Below, one piece after another: positions 8,505-18,342 of a DNA stretch of 27,978 nucleotides. The first letter of the stretch is position 1. Every line of letters begins with the position of its first letter. Source of the stretch: Burkholderiales bacterium (GTDB lineage: Bacteria > Pseudomonadota > Gammaproteobacteria > Burkholderiales > Eutrophovitaceae); assembly GCA_041637935.1 (NCBI GenBank), contig JBFKXV010000001.1, forward strand, positions 1-27,978. The letters are read 5' to 3'. Under the pieces are notes generated by a model. The model was not told the origin of the DNA and searched no databases. It was given only the letters and a program-made list of their open reading frames with translations. The position numbers and the translations under genes are program-made.

Positions 8505-9290
8505 TTATAACTTTGCCGCATCGCCGCGCCTCAAAGGCAAGAAAACCGAGTCATTGCCAATCATGCGCACTTGTACCGGAAAACCGTAAAGCTTACGCAG
8601 ATTTTCCTCGGTCATCATCTCGTCACGCCTGCCTTGCATGTAACTTCCGTCGCCGAACAGGAACAGCAGACGGTCGCAATAGCGATGCGCCAACACCAGG
8701 TCGTGCATCACCATCATGCAGGCGCGTTGTTGACGCTGCACTTCGCGATTTATCCATTCGAGAAAGGCGACCTGGTGCGGCAGATCAAGTTGCTGCAACG
8801 GCTCATCACATAAATAGCATGCCGGTTGTTGCGCGAACAGCGCTGCCAGGCGGGCACGCTGACGTTCGCCCCCGGAAAGTGAGCGATAGGCGCGACCCGC
8901 AAGCGCATCCAGATCCATTGTCGCCAGCGCGCGTTCCACGATCGCGCCATCGTTCGGGCCCGGACCGAACAATCCGCGTTGATGCGGATAGCGGCCGAGC
9001 GCCGTGTAATCCCGTGCACTGCCCCAGTATTCACGTGTTTCCTCCTGCATTAGAACACCGACATGGCGCGCAACGTTACGGCGCGGCATCGCGGCGATGG
9101 GTTTTCCGTCGATCAGCACCCGGCCTGCATCGGCGGGTCGTAAACCCGCAAGCACATGTATCAGGGTTGATTTACCGACACCATTTCGCCCCAACACCGC
9201 CCAACACTCACCCTTGGCAACAACGAGGTCAAGTCCGCGGACCAGCACGCGTTCACCTACACGCACGTCAACCGCGTCAGCGTGCAGCAT
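8505..9290 (-). CDS. ABC transporter ATP-binding protein, iron-chelate/cobalamin (FepC/BtuD) type
   Basis: GRNGVGKS Walker A, LSGGERQR signature, YLCDEP Walker B and MHD H-loop. Start reassigned to ATG 9290 (MLHADAV), overlapping the permease end. Confidence 0.88.
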   Translation of the reverse strand: MLHADAVDVRVGERVLVRGLDLVVAKGECWAVLGRNGVGKSTLIHVLAGLRPADAGRVLIDGKPIAAMPRRNVARHVGVLMQEETREYWGSARDYTALGRYPHQRGLFGPGPNDGAIVERALATMDLDALAGRAYRSLSGGERQRARLAALFAQQPACYLCDEPLQQLDLPHQVAFLEWINREVQRQQRACMMVMHDLVLAHRYCDRLLFLFGDGSYMQGRRDEMMTEENLRKLYGFPVQVRMIGNDSVFLPLRRGDAAKL

Positions 9291-10251
9291 CGGCCTGCCT
9301 TCCCAACAACACGAGCAGCATCGGCACGCCAACGATTGCCGTGAGGATACCCACCGGCAATTGAACGGGGGCCCACGCACTTCGCGCAACCGTGTCGGCA
9401 ACGATGACCAGGCTACCGCCCGCAAAAGCTGACAGCGGCACAAGCAGACGGTGATCGTGAACGCCGCAAAGCCGGATCAAGTGGGGCACGACCAACCCGA
9501 CGAAGCCGATTGTTCCGGCAGTTATCACCGCTGCCGCCGTCGCTGCCGCAGCACCCAGGTAGAGGGTGTATTCGAGGCGTTGCGTGGCGACTCCAAGACT
9601 GGCCGCTTTGAGCCGTCCGAGCGCCAGCGCGTTGAGTGCCGGGCCAAGCGCAATCGACAACACGAACAGAATACACAATAGGCTTGCGGCGCCAATTGGC
9701 GGCTCGGCGTATGTCAGGTCACCCATGAGCCAGAACAACATGCCCCTGGCTGCGTGGGCAGGGGCCAGTACCAGGACCAGGCTGATTACGGCGTTCAACC
9801 CGGCCGCTACCATCACGCCGGTGAGCAGCAGGCGGTAGGGGTTCCAGTCGGCAACGCGGTACGACAACAGCGCGACCAATAGTGCAACTGCGGCGGCTCC
9901 TGCAAAGCCGAGCAGATAGCCGAAATCCATGGTCAGTCCGAGCAGCATAGCGGCAAGCACGCCGGCGGCTGCACCGCTGGACACACCGAAAATGTACGGA
10001 TCGGCGAGCGGGTTACGCAGCAGCGCCTGAAGGAAACAGCCGGCTACGGAAAGAAGTGCTCCAGTGACGAACGCGGCAAACACGCGCGGCGCGCGCAACT
10101 GCCATACGATGTCCGATGCGACACCTTCGCGCATCAAAAGTGCGGATGCCAACTGATTGGCGCTTAGCGAAACACTTCCAGTCGCGAGTCCGGCCGCTAC
10201 AGCGGCGAGGGTGAGAACAATGACGAGGACGAACTTGCGCGCGGTTTCCAA
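9277..10251 (-). CDS. FecCD/BtuC family ABC permease
   Basis: LRAPRVFAA, LLRNPLADPYIFGVSSGAA and IGFVGLVVPHLIR family motifs; many hydrophobic helices. Confidence 0.92.
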   Translation of the reverse strand: METARKFVLVIVLTLAAVAAGLATGSVSLSANQLASALLMREGVASDIVWQLRAPRVFAAFVTGALLSVAGCFLQALLRNPLADPYIFGVSSGAAAGVLAAMLLGLTMDFGYLLGFAGAAAVALLVALLSYRVADWNPYRLLLTGVMVAAGLNAVISLVLVLAPAHAARGMLFWLMGDLTYAEPPIGAASLLCILFVLSIALGPALNALALGRLKAASLGVATQRLEYTLYLGAAAATAAAVITAGTIGFVGLVVPHLIRLCGVHDHRLLVPLSAFAGGSLVIVADTVARSAWAPVQLPVGILTAIVGVPMLLVLLGRQADAAR

Positions 10252-10284
10252 TTCCAGTTGACGACGGGGACTTTGCGCAGATAC

Positions 10285-10947
10285 TCAGCGCAGACTGATG
10301 ACCTGCCAATCCTCTCTCAACGCATGCTCTTTAAGGGTCTCATCAGGATCAACCGCGACCGGATGACTCACGATCTCGAGCAGTGGCAAGTCGTTGAGCG
10401 AGTCGCTGTAGAACCAGGTTTCTTCGAACACTTCCCACTTCAGATCATGCTCTTTCAGCCACTCTCTGAGCCGTTCGACTTTTCCTTCGCGGAATGCGGG
10501 CGTGCCGTTGACACGACCGGTGAATTCGCCATCGACCTCCTCAGGCTCAGTCGCGATAAGATTTTCGACGCCGAATTCACGAGCGATCGGCCAGGTAATA
10601 AAACTGTTAGTAGCGGTGACGATGACACGCGCATCGTCATCGTGGCTATCCACCAGGTCGCGCGCCTTTTGCGAGATCATGGGCAGGACCTTCTCCTCCA
10701 TGAACTCCGCATGCCATTGGTCAAGCTGCTCGCGTGGATGACGCGACAGAGGCTTGAGCTGGAAGTCGAGGAATTCGTGGATATCCAGACTGCCTGCCTT
10801 ATACGCCTCGAAGAATTCCTGATTGCGCGCCTCATAGACCTCACGGTCGAGGACTTGCTTTTCAATCAGGAACTGCGCCCACTCGAAATCACTGTCGCCC
10901 GACAGCAAGGTGTTGTCCAGATCAAACAGTGCGAGCTTCACCAGCAC
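10285..10947 (-). CDS. HAD-IB family hydrolase (SerB-like)
   Basis: LALFDLDNTL motif I, VTATN motif II, GK motif III and YSDSLNDLPLL motif IV. Confidence 0.93.
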   Translation of the reverse strand: MLVKLALFDLDNTLLSGDSDFEWAQFLIEKQVLDREVYEARNQEFFEAYKAGSLDIHEFLDFQLKPLSRHPREQLDQWHAEFMEEKVLPMISQKARDLVDSHDDDARVIVTATNSFITWPIAREFGVENLIATEPEEVDGEFTGRVNGTPAFREGKVERLREWLKEHDLKWEVFEETWFYSDSLNDLPLLEIVSHPVAVDPDETLKEHALREDWQVISLR

Positions 10948-11014
10948 GCCCCCACGGACTCACTGGCGCAGCACCAGCGAGCCAAACCAGAAAGGGGAAT
11001 TACTCGAATCGTGT

Positions 11015-11126
11015 CAGTCAGTATTCGCTCCAGTCAGGGTTGGCAGCGGTTAGTGTTCGTTCCGGTCAATACAGGCACCAATCAATAATGGCGCCAATCA
11101 GCAATGGCAACAATCAGCAGCTGCGC
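11015..11126. repeat. Degenerate 16-bp tandem array x7 (units begin CRRTYAR)
   Basis: Units in exact 16-nt register: cagtcagtattcgctc / cagtcagggttggcag / cggttagtgttcgttc / cggtcaatacaggcac / caatcaataatggcgc / caatcagcaatggcaa / caatcagcagctgcgc. Confidence 0.7.
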
Positions 11127-11243
11127 TGTGACCACAGCCCACTGTGACATCGCCCGCGCGCCAGTATAGCCGAATTGACGCATTCACAAGTCTGCCGACA
11201 GCACTGGAAATCAAGCAAATAACGGGACCGGAAAACGCCCCGG

Positions 11244-11921
11244 TCAGCGCTCAGCCAACGGCGCCGACAACAACTCACGAACCAGCGGAATCGTCACTGT
11301 CCGTTTGCTCTCGAGAGAATATCGATCCAGCGCGTCGAGGATGCCGAGCAGCCCGGCAAGATCACGCGACTGTCGTTTGAGAAGATAGTCAATTACCTCG
11401 TGCTTCAGATTGAAACCTCGCGCGCGCGCATGTTCTATCATGGCCGCCATCTTTTCCTCATCAGACAGTGTATGAACCTGGTAAACAAGGCCCCAGCCGA
11501 GACGAGTCACCAGGTCATTTCTCGCAGCAAGGCGCGCCGGTGGCGCGGCACCTGCAGCGATGAGCACGCCGCCCGCGTCGCGCTGTTCGTTGTAGACGTT
11601 GAACAGTCGCTGCTGGTCCGATTCGGTCAGCTGATCAACGTCGTCAGCCAACACCACTTCAATTTGCGGCAAATCAGCTTGAGACGCGCCGCCAGTGAAC
11701 ATCGTTGTAGCCACGTCTTGCGCCTCGAACCCGGCACGCATCGCTCGCAACAAATGCGTCTTGCCGCTGCCAGGAATGCCCCAGATGTAGACAAAACGCT
11801 CGTCGCGTGCACCGCCTGCCAGCGCGCTCAACACCGATACAAGCTCGGCATTGCGCCCGCAAACAAAATTATGCAGCGTCGGTGCCGGAGCCGGTGCCAG
11901 TGCCAATACCATTTGTCTCAT
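11244..11921 (-). CDS. hda: DnaA regulatory inactivator Hda
   Basis: Start MRQMVLAL at 11921 (clamp-binding Q-L-x-L-like motif). GIPGSGKTHLL Walker A, LADDVD and DLVTRLGWG. ORF track start 12062 is too early. Confidence 0.93.
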   Translation of the reverse strand: MRQMVLALAPAPAPTLHNFVCGRNAELVSVLSALAGGARDERFVYIWGIPGSGKTHLLRAMRAGFEAQDVATTMFTGGASQADLPQIEVVLADDVDQLTESDQQRLFNVYNEQRDAGGVLIAAGAAPPARLAARNDLVTRLGWGLVYQVHTLSDEEKMAAMIEHARARGFNLKHEVIDYLLKRQSRDLAGLLGILDALDRYSLESKRTVTIPLVRELLSAPLAER

Positions 11922-12171
11922 CAGCGACTGCCCTCTGCAGTTTGCCCTGCTCGCACGCCAGCCAGTGTGCTCGTGATAACCATCTACACCCAGGTAGGAA
12001 CCGGGACGGGGCGAATAATATTCTTTTTTTTTGTAGAATTCGCAGGTGTCGGATGGCGTCACCGGCGCGAGTTCCTCACGATACGGCTTTTCGCGCCAAT
12101 GGTTCTCGCGGAACCGGCTATTTGGCCGAAATCAGACGCTCAATGTATCCTGAAGCGGACAACCACTCAAT

Positions 12172-13218
12172 TTGAAATCCGGCAAAGACAGTAATCAGCT
12201 CTCCTACCGCGATGCCGGTGTCGACATCGATGCCGGAGAACAACTGGTTGAGAACATCAAGTCGCTGGCGCGCAGTACCGTCGGCGAGGGTGTGCTGGCC
12301 GGCGTGGGCGGCTTTGGCGCTCTGTTCGAGATTCCGAAGCGCTACCGGCAGCCTGTGCTCGTGACCGGGACCGACGGCGTCGGCACCAAACTGAAGCTTG
12401 CATCGGAAATTGGCAAACACGACACCATCGGCATCGACCTGGTGGCAATGAGTGTCAACGACATTCTGGTGCAAGGCGCCGAGCCGCTGTTCTTCCTCGA
12501 TTATTTCTCTTGCGGCAAGCTCGATGTGAAGATTGCAACGGATGTTGTGGGCGGCATCGCGCGCGGCTGTCAGATTGCCAACTGCGCCCTTATCGGCGGT
12601 GAAACAGCCGAGATGCCCGGGATGTATGCCGGAGACGACTACGATCTTGCAGGCTTTGCGGTTGGCGCCGTCGAGAAAACAGCCATCATTGACGGCAGGT
12701 CGATTGGTCCAGGTGACGCGGTGCTCGGCCTGGCCAGCAGCGGACCGCATTCCAATGGCTATTCGCTGATCAGACGTATCATCGAACACACCGGCTCGGA
12801 TCTGTCATCCGCTTACGGGGACCGGACGTTAGGTGAAGCATTGCTGGAACCGACGAGAATTTACGTCAGACCGGTATTGGCGGCGATAAAGGAGACGACG
12901 ATTAAAGGGATGGCGCATATAACCGGGGGCGGACTGCTGGACAACGTGCCGCGGGTGTTGCCCGCAGAGGTGGTCGCCGAGCTGCACCGTGACGCCTGGC
13001 CGCGCCCGCCGCTGTTCGACTGGCTGCAAAACGGCGGCAACGTGGCGGCGGCGGAAATGCTGCGCGTATTCAATTGCGGTATCGGCATGGTGCTGATATG
13101 TGCCGAGGTCGATGCAGACCGACTGACCGGCGTCCTGAAGGATCAAGGCGAGAGCGTCTATCGAATCGGTGCGGTGCGCAAACGCCGCGGCGACGAAGTG
13201 CAAACCATCGTTGTATGA
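12172..13218 (+). CDS. purM: Phosphoribosylformylglycinamidine cyclo-ligase
   Basis: [38 protein letters not shown] and AHITGGG motifs; TTG start. Confidence 0.97.
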   Translation: MKSGKDSNQLSYRDAGVDIDAGEQLVENIKSLARSTVGEGVLAGVGGFGALFEIPKRYRQPVLVTGTDGVGTKLKLASEIGKHDTIGIDLVAMSVNDILVQGAEPLFFLDYFSCGKLDVKIATDVVGGIARGCQIANCALIGGETAEMPGMYAGDDYDLAGFAVGAVEKTAIIDGRSIGPGDAVLGLASSGPHSNGYSLIRRIIEHTGSDLSSAYGDRTLGEALLEPTRIYVRPVLAAIKETTIKGMAHITGGGLLDNVPRVLPAEVVAELHRDAWPRPPLFDWLQNGGNVAAAEMLRVFNCGIGMVLICAEVDADRLTGVLKDQGESVYRIGAVRKRRGDEVQTIVV

Positions 13219-13247
13219 ATATGCGCTCGTGTGACGATACACCCGGC

Positions 13248-13886
13248 ATGAAACGCATTGTCATTCTGATCTCCGGCCGCGGCAGCAATATGCGCGCGTT
13301 GTTCGAAGCGCGGCTGCCGGGAAAAATCGTTGCCGTCATCAGCAACAGTCCGGCTGCCGCCGGCCTCGACTACGCGCGCCAAAAAGAGACCGAAACACGC
13401 GTCATCAACCACCGCGACTTCGCCGACCGCGGCGCATTCGACACAGCATTGGCGAATGAGGTCGACGCGTTCACACCAGATCTGGTTGTACTGGCCGGCT
13501 TCATGCGAATCCTCACGGAGGCGTTTGTGTTGCGCTTTGCCGGGCGCATTCTGAACATCCACCCGTCCCTACTGCCCGCGTTTCCCGGCGTCAATACTCA
13601 CCAGCGAGCCATTGTTGAGGGCGTCAGACTGCACGGTTGCACGGTGCATTTCGTAACCCCGGCACTGGATCACGGCCCGATCGTCATTCAGGCTGCAGTT
13701 CCGGTGCTGCCGGACGATGATGAAGCCGCACTCGCGGCACGCGTCCTGCAGCAGGAACACCGCATCTTGCCGCTGGCAGTGCGCTGGTTTCTCGACGGCC
13801 GGATCAGACTCCAGGGCAGTCAGGTACAACTCGACGGCACAATGGTCTTTCCCGAAGCAGTCATATCACCGAATGATCAGAGCTGA
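13248..13886 (+). CDS. purN: Phosphoribosylglycinamide formyltransferase
   Basis: ATG 13248 gives MKRIVILISGRGSNM; LAGFMRIL, LNIHPSLLP and LDHGPI motifs. Confidence 0.97.
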   Translation: MKRIVILISGRGSNMRALFEARLPGKIVAVISNSPAAAGLDYARQKETETRVINHRDFADRGAFDTALANEVDAFTPDLVVLAGFMRILTEAFVLRFAGRILNIHPSLLPAFPGVNTHQRAIVEGVRLHGCTVHFVTPALDHGPIVIQAAVPVLPDDDEAALAARVLQQEHRILPLAVRWFLDGRIRLQGSQVQLDGTMVFPEAVISPNDQS

Positions 13887-13887
13887 C

Positions 13888-14604
13888 ATGCGCGCGCGCC
13901 GCAGTACCTTGAAACTGACTTGCTACCTCCTTCTCTGCGTCACCTTGCTGGGCATCAGTGCGGCACAAGCAGCACCGCCGCAGCATGTTGAGATGACTTT
14001 CGAAATCAACTACGGGTCGATGAGGCTCGGCATCGGCGAGGACCGGCTCACACATAATGGCAAGCAATACCAGGTGCACAGCGACACCATTCCGAAAGGC
14101 ATTGCCGCCCTGTTCATCGAACCCATCCGCCGCGAAAGTAAAGGCTCCGTCACAGAGAACGGCCTGAGGCCGGTTAGCTTCATCGAACGAGGCCGCAAGA
14201 AAGGCATTCGGGCTGCAGAATTTGACTGGACCAATAACCGGCTGCGCTTGATTGATGGCGAATCGAATCAGGTCGTCGACCTGCCGAAAGGCTCGATCGA
14301 CCAGGCCAGTCTGCCGTATGCCTTCGCCTTTGCCGGAAAAATCCCTGACGACTTCAGCGTCCATGTCACCGACGGACGCAGAATCAAGGAGTATCAGTAC
14401 CGCATTGTCGGCCGCGAGCGTATCAAGTCCGCATTGGGCGAAATCGAGACCATCCACATCGAACGCCTGCCCAATCCCGATACCAAGCGCAGCTTCGAGT
14501 TCTGGGTCGCGGTGGAGCAGCACTATCTGCCAGTGCAGGTGCGTTTCACCGACAAGAAAGGCCGGCTGTTCGTATCCGTCGTAACCGCGATCCGTTATCC
14601 CTGA
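13888..14604 (+). CDS. DUF3108-like exported protein
   Basis: Signal peptide (LLLCVTLLGISAAQA), beta-rich body and C-terminal W...HYLPVQVRF; typical position after purN. Confidence 0.7.
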   Translation: MRARRSTLKLTCYLLLCVTLLGISAAQAAPPQHVEMTFEINYGSMRLGIGEDRLTHNGKQYQVHSDTIPKGIAALFIEPIRRESKGSVTENGLRPVSFIERGRKKGIRAAEFDWTNNRLRLIDGESNQVVDLPKGSIDQASLPYAFAFAGKIPDDFSVHVTDGRRIKEYQYRIVGRERIKSALGEIETIHIERLPNPDTKRSFEFWVAVEQHYLPVQVRFTDKKGRLFVSVVTAIRYP

Positions 14605-14608
14605 TTCG

Positions 14609-15874
14609 GTGAAGCTTTCCAGGGCAGTACTCGAGGCAACCTGCCAGGCGACCACTCTCGCATGCAAATTCGACCGGCCGGCTGACACCGTATTGGCCGA
14701 GTTTTTCCGGCACAACCGCCAATTCGGCAGCCATGATCGGCACTTCATCGGCGACACGGTATTCAACATTCTTCGCCACAAGCGGCTGCTCGAGACGATC
14801 GTTCCGCAGCCAGACTCACGCCGGCTGGTGCTGGCAAGTCATCTGAAATTTCAGGATATTCCGCTAGGCGCTTTGGAAGCGATAAGTGACCCGTCTGACC
14901 ACGCATGGCTGACCAGGGTCATGCGCGCGCCGACCAGTAGCTTGCCACCAGCCGTTCAGCTGTCATTGCCGGACTGGCTGTGGCAAGACCTTCGGTCGCA
15001 GTTCGGTGAGGCAAAAGCGATTCGGCTGGGCTCGGCGCTGTTGGTTTCCGCGCCGCTGGATGTGCGAGTCAACACGCTAATCGGAAACAGAAAAGATGTG
15101 ATCGAAGGGCTCATTCGCGAAGGAATCGAGGCCCGGGCAACGCGTTTCTCCCCGTTTGGCATACGGCTCGAGGGCAAACCATCACTGAACCAGACTGCGC
15201 TTTATCTGAGCGGTGCAATCGAAGTACAGGACGAAGGCAGCCAGTTGCTCGGCTTGCTGGTGGCAGCGGCGCGGCGCCAGATGGTGGTCGACTTCTGTGC
15301 CGGCACCGGCGGCAAGACCTTGTTGCTCGGCGCCATGATGCGCGATCAGGGCCGGCTCTATGCCTTTGATGTATCTGCCAAACGGCTGGAAACACTGAAA
15401 CAGCGTGTACGCCGCGCGCAGCTCACCAGCGTCCACCCGCAACTCATCGGCAGCGAACGCGATCCGCGCATCGGCAGACTGACAGAGAAGATCGACCGGG
15501 TGTTGGTCGATGCGCCGTGCAGCGGGCTTGGCACCCTGCGGCGCAGTCCCGACCTGAAGTGGCGCCAGTCGCCCCAATCGGTACATGAGTGGGCTGCCAA
15601 GCAAAGCAGTATTCTCGAGGCCAGCAGCCGATTGGTGAAACCGGGCGGGCGCCTCGTTTATGCGACCTGCAGCCTGCTGGCGGCAGAGAACGAGGAGATT
15701 GTTGAGGCCTTCCTCGGGTCGCAGAACGGCAGGTTCTGCCTGGCCGATTGTCAGGCAGTCCTGAGCGCGCAGCACGTTGAGCTGAACAGCGGCCGCTATT
15801 TCCGGGTCCTGCCCGATGAACATGGCTGCGATGGCTTCTTTGCGGCCGTTCTGGAGCGAGCCACGACAGCTTAG
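14609..15874 (+). CDS. RsmB/NOP family class I SAM-dependent RNA m5C methyltransferase
   Basis: VQDEGSQ, DFCAGTGGKT, DAPCSGLG and YATCS with both catalytic cysteines. Confidence 0.93.
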   Translation: MKLSRAVLEATCQATTLACKFDRPADTVLAEFFRHNRQFGSHDRHFIGDTVFNILRHKRLLETIVPQPDSRRLVLASHLKFQDIPLGALEAISDPSDHAWLTRVMRAPTSSLPPAVQLSLPDWLWQDLRSQFGEAKAIRLGSALLVSAPLDVRVNTLIGNRKDVIEGLIREGIEARATRFSPFGIRLEGKPSLNQTALYLSGAIEVQDEGSQLLGLLVAAARRQMVVDFCAGTGGKTLLLGAMMRDQGRLYAFDVSAKRLETLKQRVRRAQLTSVHPQLIGSERDPRIGRLTEKIDRVLVDAPCSGLGTLRRSPDLKWRQSPQSVHEWAAKQSSILEASSRLVKPGGRLVYATCSLLAAENEEIVEAFLGSQNGRFCLADCQAVLSAQHVELNSGRYFRVLPDEHGCDGFFAAVLERATTA

Positions 15875-16212
15875 TAAGCACTAAGGTAAACAGTCTGACA
15901 GGCCTCGCCTGAACCGATCTTCGTACCGGCCGGCAGCATTTTGTGATGGGAGCAGAACTTGCTCGAAATCAAGTTGAAATCAACGAAAACGCCTCAAAAT
16001 TGAAGTTTGTGCCATCGCGATTTGGAAGGATGGCTGCTTGTTCGATGACATTTGGCGTTTTTTCGACGAATTTGAGGAGAATTCCGAAGGTCTAACAAGC
16101 TTCGATGCCGGTCCGGGCCCGAGCCGAGGCGCAACGCGCAGATAAAATTCACGGGTGCGGTCAGCATCGTTCCTGTAAAATAGTATTATTCGACTGTCAT
16201 AAAGGAAACTAA

Positions 16213-17409
16213 ATGGATATCAATGGGTTACCATCGCTGCCGAGCTGGATAGGCGGTGTGCTTGATTTGCCGTGGTGGGGCTACGTGGTCGTGGCGCTCG
16301 TGCTCACGCACATCACTATCGCCGCAGTCACCATCTACCTGCATCGGCATTCTGCGCACCGTGCGCTCGATCTGCACCCGTTGGTATCGCATTTCTTCCG
16401 CTTCTGGCTGTGGCTGACCACCGGCATGGTCACCAAAGAATGGACCGCCGTGCATCGCAAACACCACGCCAAATGCGAGACGGAAGAAGACCCGCACAGT
16501 CCCCAGGTGCTCGGATTGCGAAAGGTTTTGCTTGAAGGATCAGAACTTTACCGCAACGGGTCTATGGACCAGGAAACGCTGGATAAATACGGCCAGGGCA
16601 CGCCGAATGACTGGATAGAAAGGAATGTCTACAGCAAGACCGACATGGGCGGTGTCGGACTGATGCTGGTCATCAATACGGTGCTGTTCGGCCCGATCGG
16701 CTTGACCATCTGGGCGATTCAGATGCTGTGGATCCCGATCTGTGCCGCTGGCGTCATCAACGGTGTCGGACACTATCTCGGCTACCGCAATTTCCAGGTT
16801 GACGACGCCAGCACCAACATCGTGCCGTGGGGGATCATCATCGGCGGAGAGGAATTGCACAACAATCACCACGCCTATGCCTCGTCGGCGCGCCTTTCAT
16901 CGAAGTGGTACGAGTTCGATATCGGCTGGCTTTATATCAGACTGATGGAAATGGCCGGGTTGGCGAAAGTCAAGAAACTGGCGCCTCAGGTACGCATGGG
17001 AACTACGGCGCGCATCTGCGATGACCAGACGCTGCAGGCGGTCATTACGCACCGCTGGGATGTGCTGGCGCGGTTCTCACGCTCTGTGCGCAATACGTGT
17101 GCCGAGGAAATTCGCCGCATTGCCGCGAACAGTTCGGCTTCCGCACTCGACTTCCGGCGCTGGCTGAACCAGGACGAGCGTTTCATCAGTGAGCAACAGC
17201 TGGCTAGAGTATCCAAACTGGCAGAGAGGAGCCGTATCCTCAAGACAGTAGTGACCATGCGGCAGGAACTGATACAGCTTTGGCAGAGATCTTCGGCCAC
17301 CAAAGAACAGCTGGTCAAACAACTCGAGGACTGGTGTCGGCGCGCCGAGCTTTCCGGCATCGCCGCATTACAGGACTTCTCCAGAACGCTACGCAGTTAC
17401 GCCGTTTGA
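16213..17409 (+). CDS. desA: Membrane fatty-acid (acyl-CoA/lipid) desaturase, DesA type, with C-terminal extension
   Basis: Three His boxes HRHSAH, HRKHH and HNNHH; RBS AAGGA upstream. Confidence 0.88.
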   Translation: MDINGLPSLPSWIGGVLDLPWWGYVVVALVLTHITIAAVTIYLHRHSAHRALDLHPLVSHFFRFWLWLTTGMVTKEWTAVHRKHHAKCETEEDPHSPQVLGLRKVLLEGSELYRNGSMDQETLDKYGQGTPNDWIERNVYSKTDMGGVGLMLVINTVLFGPIGLTIWAIQMLWIPICAAGVINGVGHYLGYRNFQVDDASTNIVPWGIIIGGEELHNNHHAYASSARLSSKWYEFDIGWLYIRLMEMAGLAKVKKLAPQVRMGTTARICDDQTLQAVITHRWDVLARFSRSVRNTCAEEIRRIAANSSASALDFRRWLNQDERFISEQQLARVSKLAERSRILKTVVTMRQELIQLWQRSSATKEQLVKQLEDWCRRAELSGIAALQDFSRTLRSYAV

Positions 17410-17441
17410 TCGCACTGCATTCGACTGGCGTCGGCCACAAC

Positions 17442-17471
17442 AAAAAAAGCCCGCAAACGCGGGCTTTTTTT
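17442..17471. terminator. Bidirectional intrinsic terminator between desA and rpmG
   Basis: AAAAAAAGCCCGC-aaac-GCGGGCTTTTTTT between convergent genes. Confidence 0.93.
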
Positions 17472-17486
17472 GTCATCAGCAGCGAC

Positions 17487-17642
17487 TCACTTCATCTTTG
17501 ATTCCTTGTAAATCACGTGCTTACGAGCAACCGGGTCAAACTTCTTGATTTCCATTTTCTCCGGCATGGTGCGTTTGTTCTTGGTTGTGGTGTAGAAGTG
17601 ACCGGTGCCGGCACTCGATACCAGCTTGATCTTGTCACGCAT
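17487..17642 (-). CDS. rpmG: 50S ribosomal protein L33 (absent from ORF track; 51 aa)
   Basis: Manual translation [51 protein letters not shown]; RBS GGAGG upstream. Confidence 0.97.
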   Translation of the reverse strand: MRDKIKLVSSAGTGHFYTTTKNKRTMPEKMEIKKFDPVARKHVIYKESKMK

Positions 17643-17705
17643 TGCCTGGTTCCCTCCTGATTCAGATCGTTCGACTGGCTCGCCAGATTAAACTGATACG
17701 AAATA

Positions 17706-17942
17706 TTAAACTGATTCTCCGCGGGCACGCATTTCGGCAAGCACGGCATCGATGCCCTTCTTGTCGATGATGCGCAAACCGGCCCGCGTCAGGCGCAAAC
17801 GCACCCAACGATTCTCGCTCTCGACCCAGATACGCTTGTAATGAAGATTGGGCAGGAAGCGACGCTTGGTCCTGTTATTGGCGTGGGAAACGTTGTTCCC
17901 TGACTGGGGTTTCTTGCCGGTCACCTGACACACGCGGGACAT
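17706..17942 (-). CDS. rpmB: 50S ribosomal protein L28
   Basis: [33 protein letters not shown], 78 aa. The 239-aa ORF-track call is an upstream overextension. Confidence 0.98.
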   Translation of the reverse strand: MSRVCQVTGKKPQSGNNVSHANNRTKRRFLPNLHYKRIWVESENRWVRLRLTRAGLRIIDKKGIDAVLAEMRARGESV

Positions 17943-17981
17943 CAATATACTTTCTCTGAGGCACTCAATTCGAAGCCCGGC

Positions 17982-18010
17982 TTTATACCATGAGGGGCGC
18001 GCCCAGGCAA
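17982..18010 (-). promoter_or_regulatory. Putative sigma70 promoter of rpmB-rpmG
   Basis: TTGCCT (18010-18005), 17-nt spacer, TGn extended -10 TATAAA (17987-17982), about 40 nt upstream of rpmB. Confidence 0.65.
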
Positions 18011-18342
18011 GGAGTGCGGGCCCGGTCCGGCCACATCGCGACACACCGTCAGGCGCGTTGGGAATTTGCAGAAAAGACGGATTTGAGGAACTGCAGACAC
18101 ACCGGTAGAAACTTGCTCTGCCGAGCATTTTTATGTTGTACCGCCGTGCGCGTCTATAGTAATCTGGCGGGTGAGTCAGCAGACTCCAGAAGAAATAACG
18201 GCTCTGAAAAGCGTCAAAGCGTCGGATTCGTGAAACTATCCCGAGCGGGACATGACTAGGTCTCGGAGCCCAAAAGGCGAACGGGTTTCTCACGACGCGC
18301 TGCAGCCAATGATAAGACCACCATATGGAGGAAAGTCTAGCC

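Noticed and set aside
10950-11240. Possible cobalamin riboswitch upstream of the BtuC/BtuD-like genes
   Set aside because: No B12-box or GGGAA/CCCGC core elements found on the minus strand by eye.
12024-12032. T9 homopolymer upstream of a TAGAAT -10 for purM as a phase-variation tract
   Set aside because: Only 9 nt with no convincing -35; more simply an AT-rich tract between the divergent hda and purM promoters.
18150-18340. Small and alternative hairpins in the lactonase leader (GAGTC-agca-GACTC; CCGAG...CTCGG) as a riboswitch
   Set aside because: No match to a riboswitch consensus I can recognise, and short stems are expected at this GC content.
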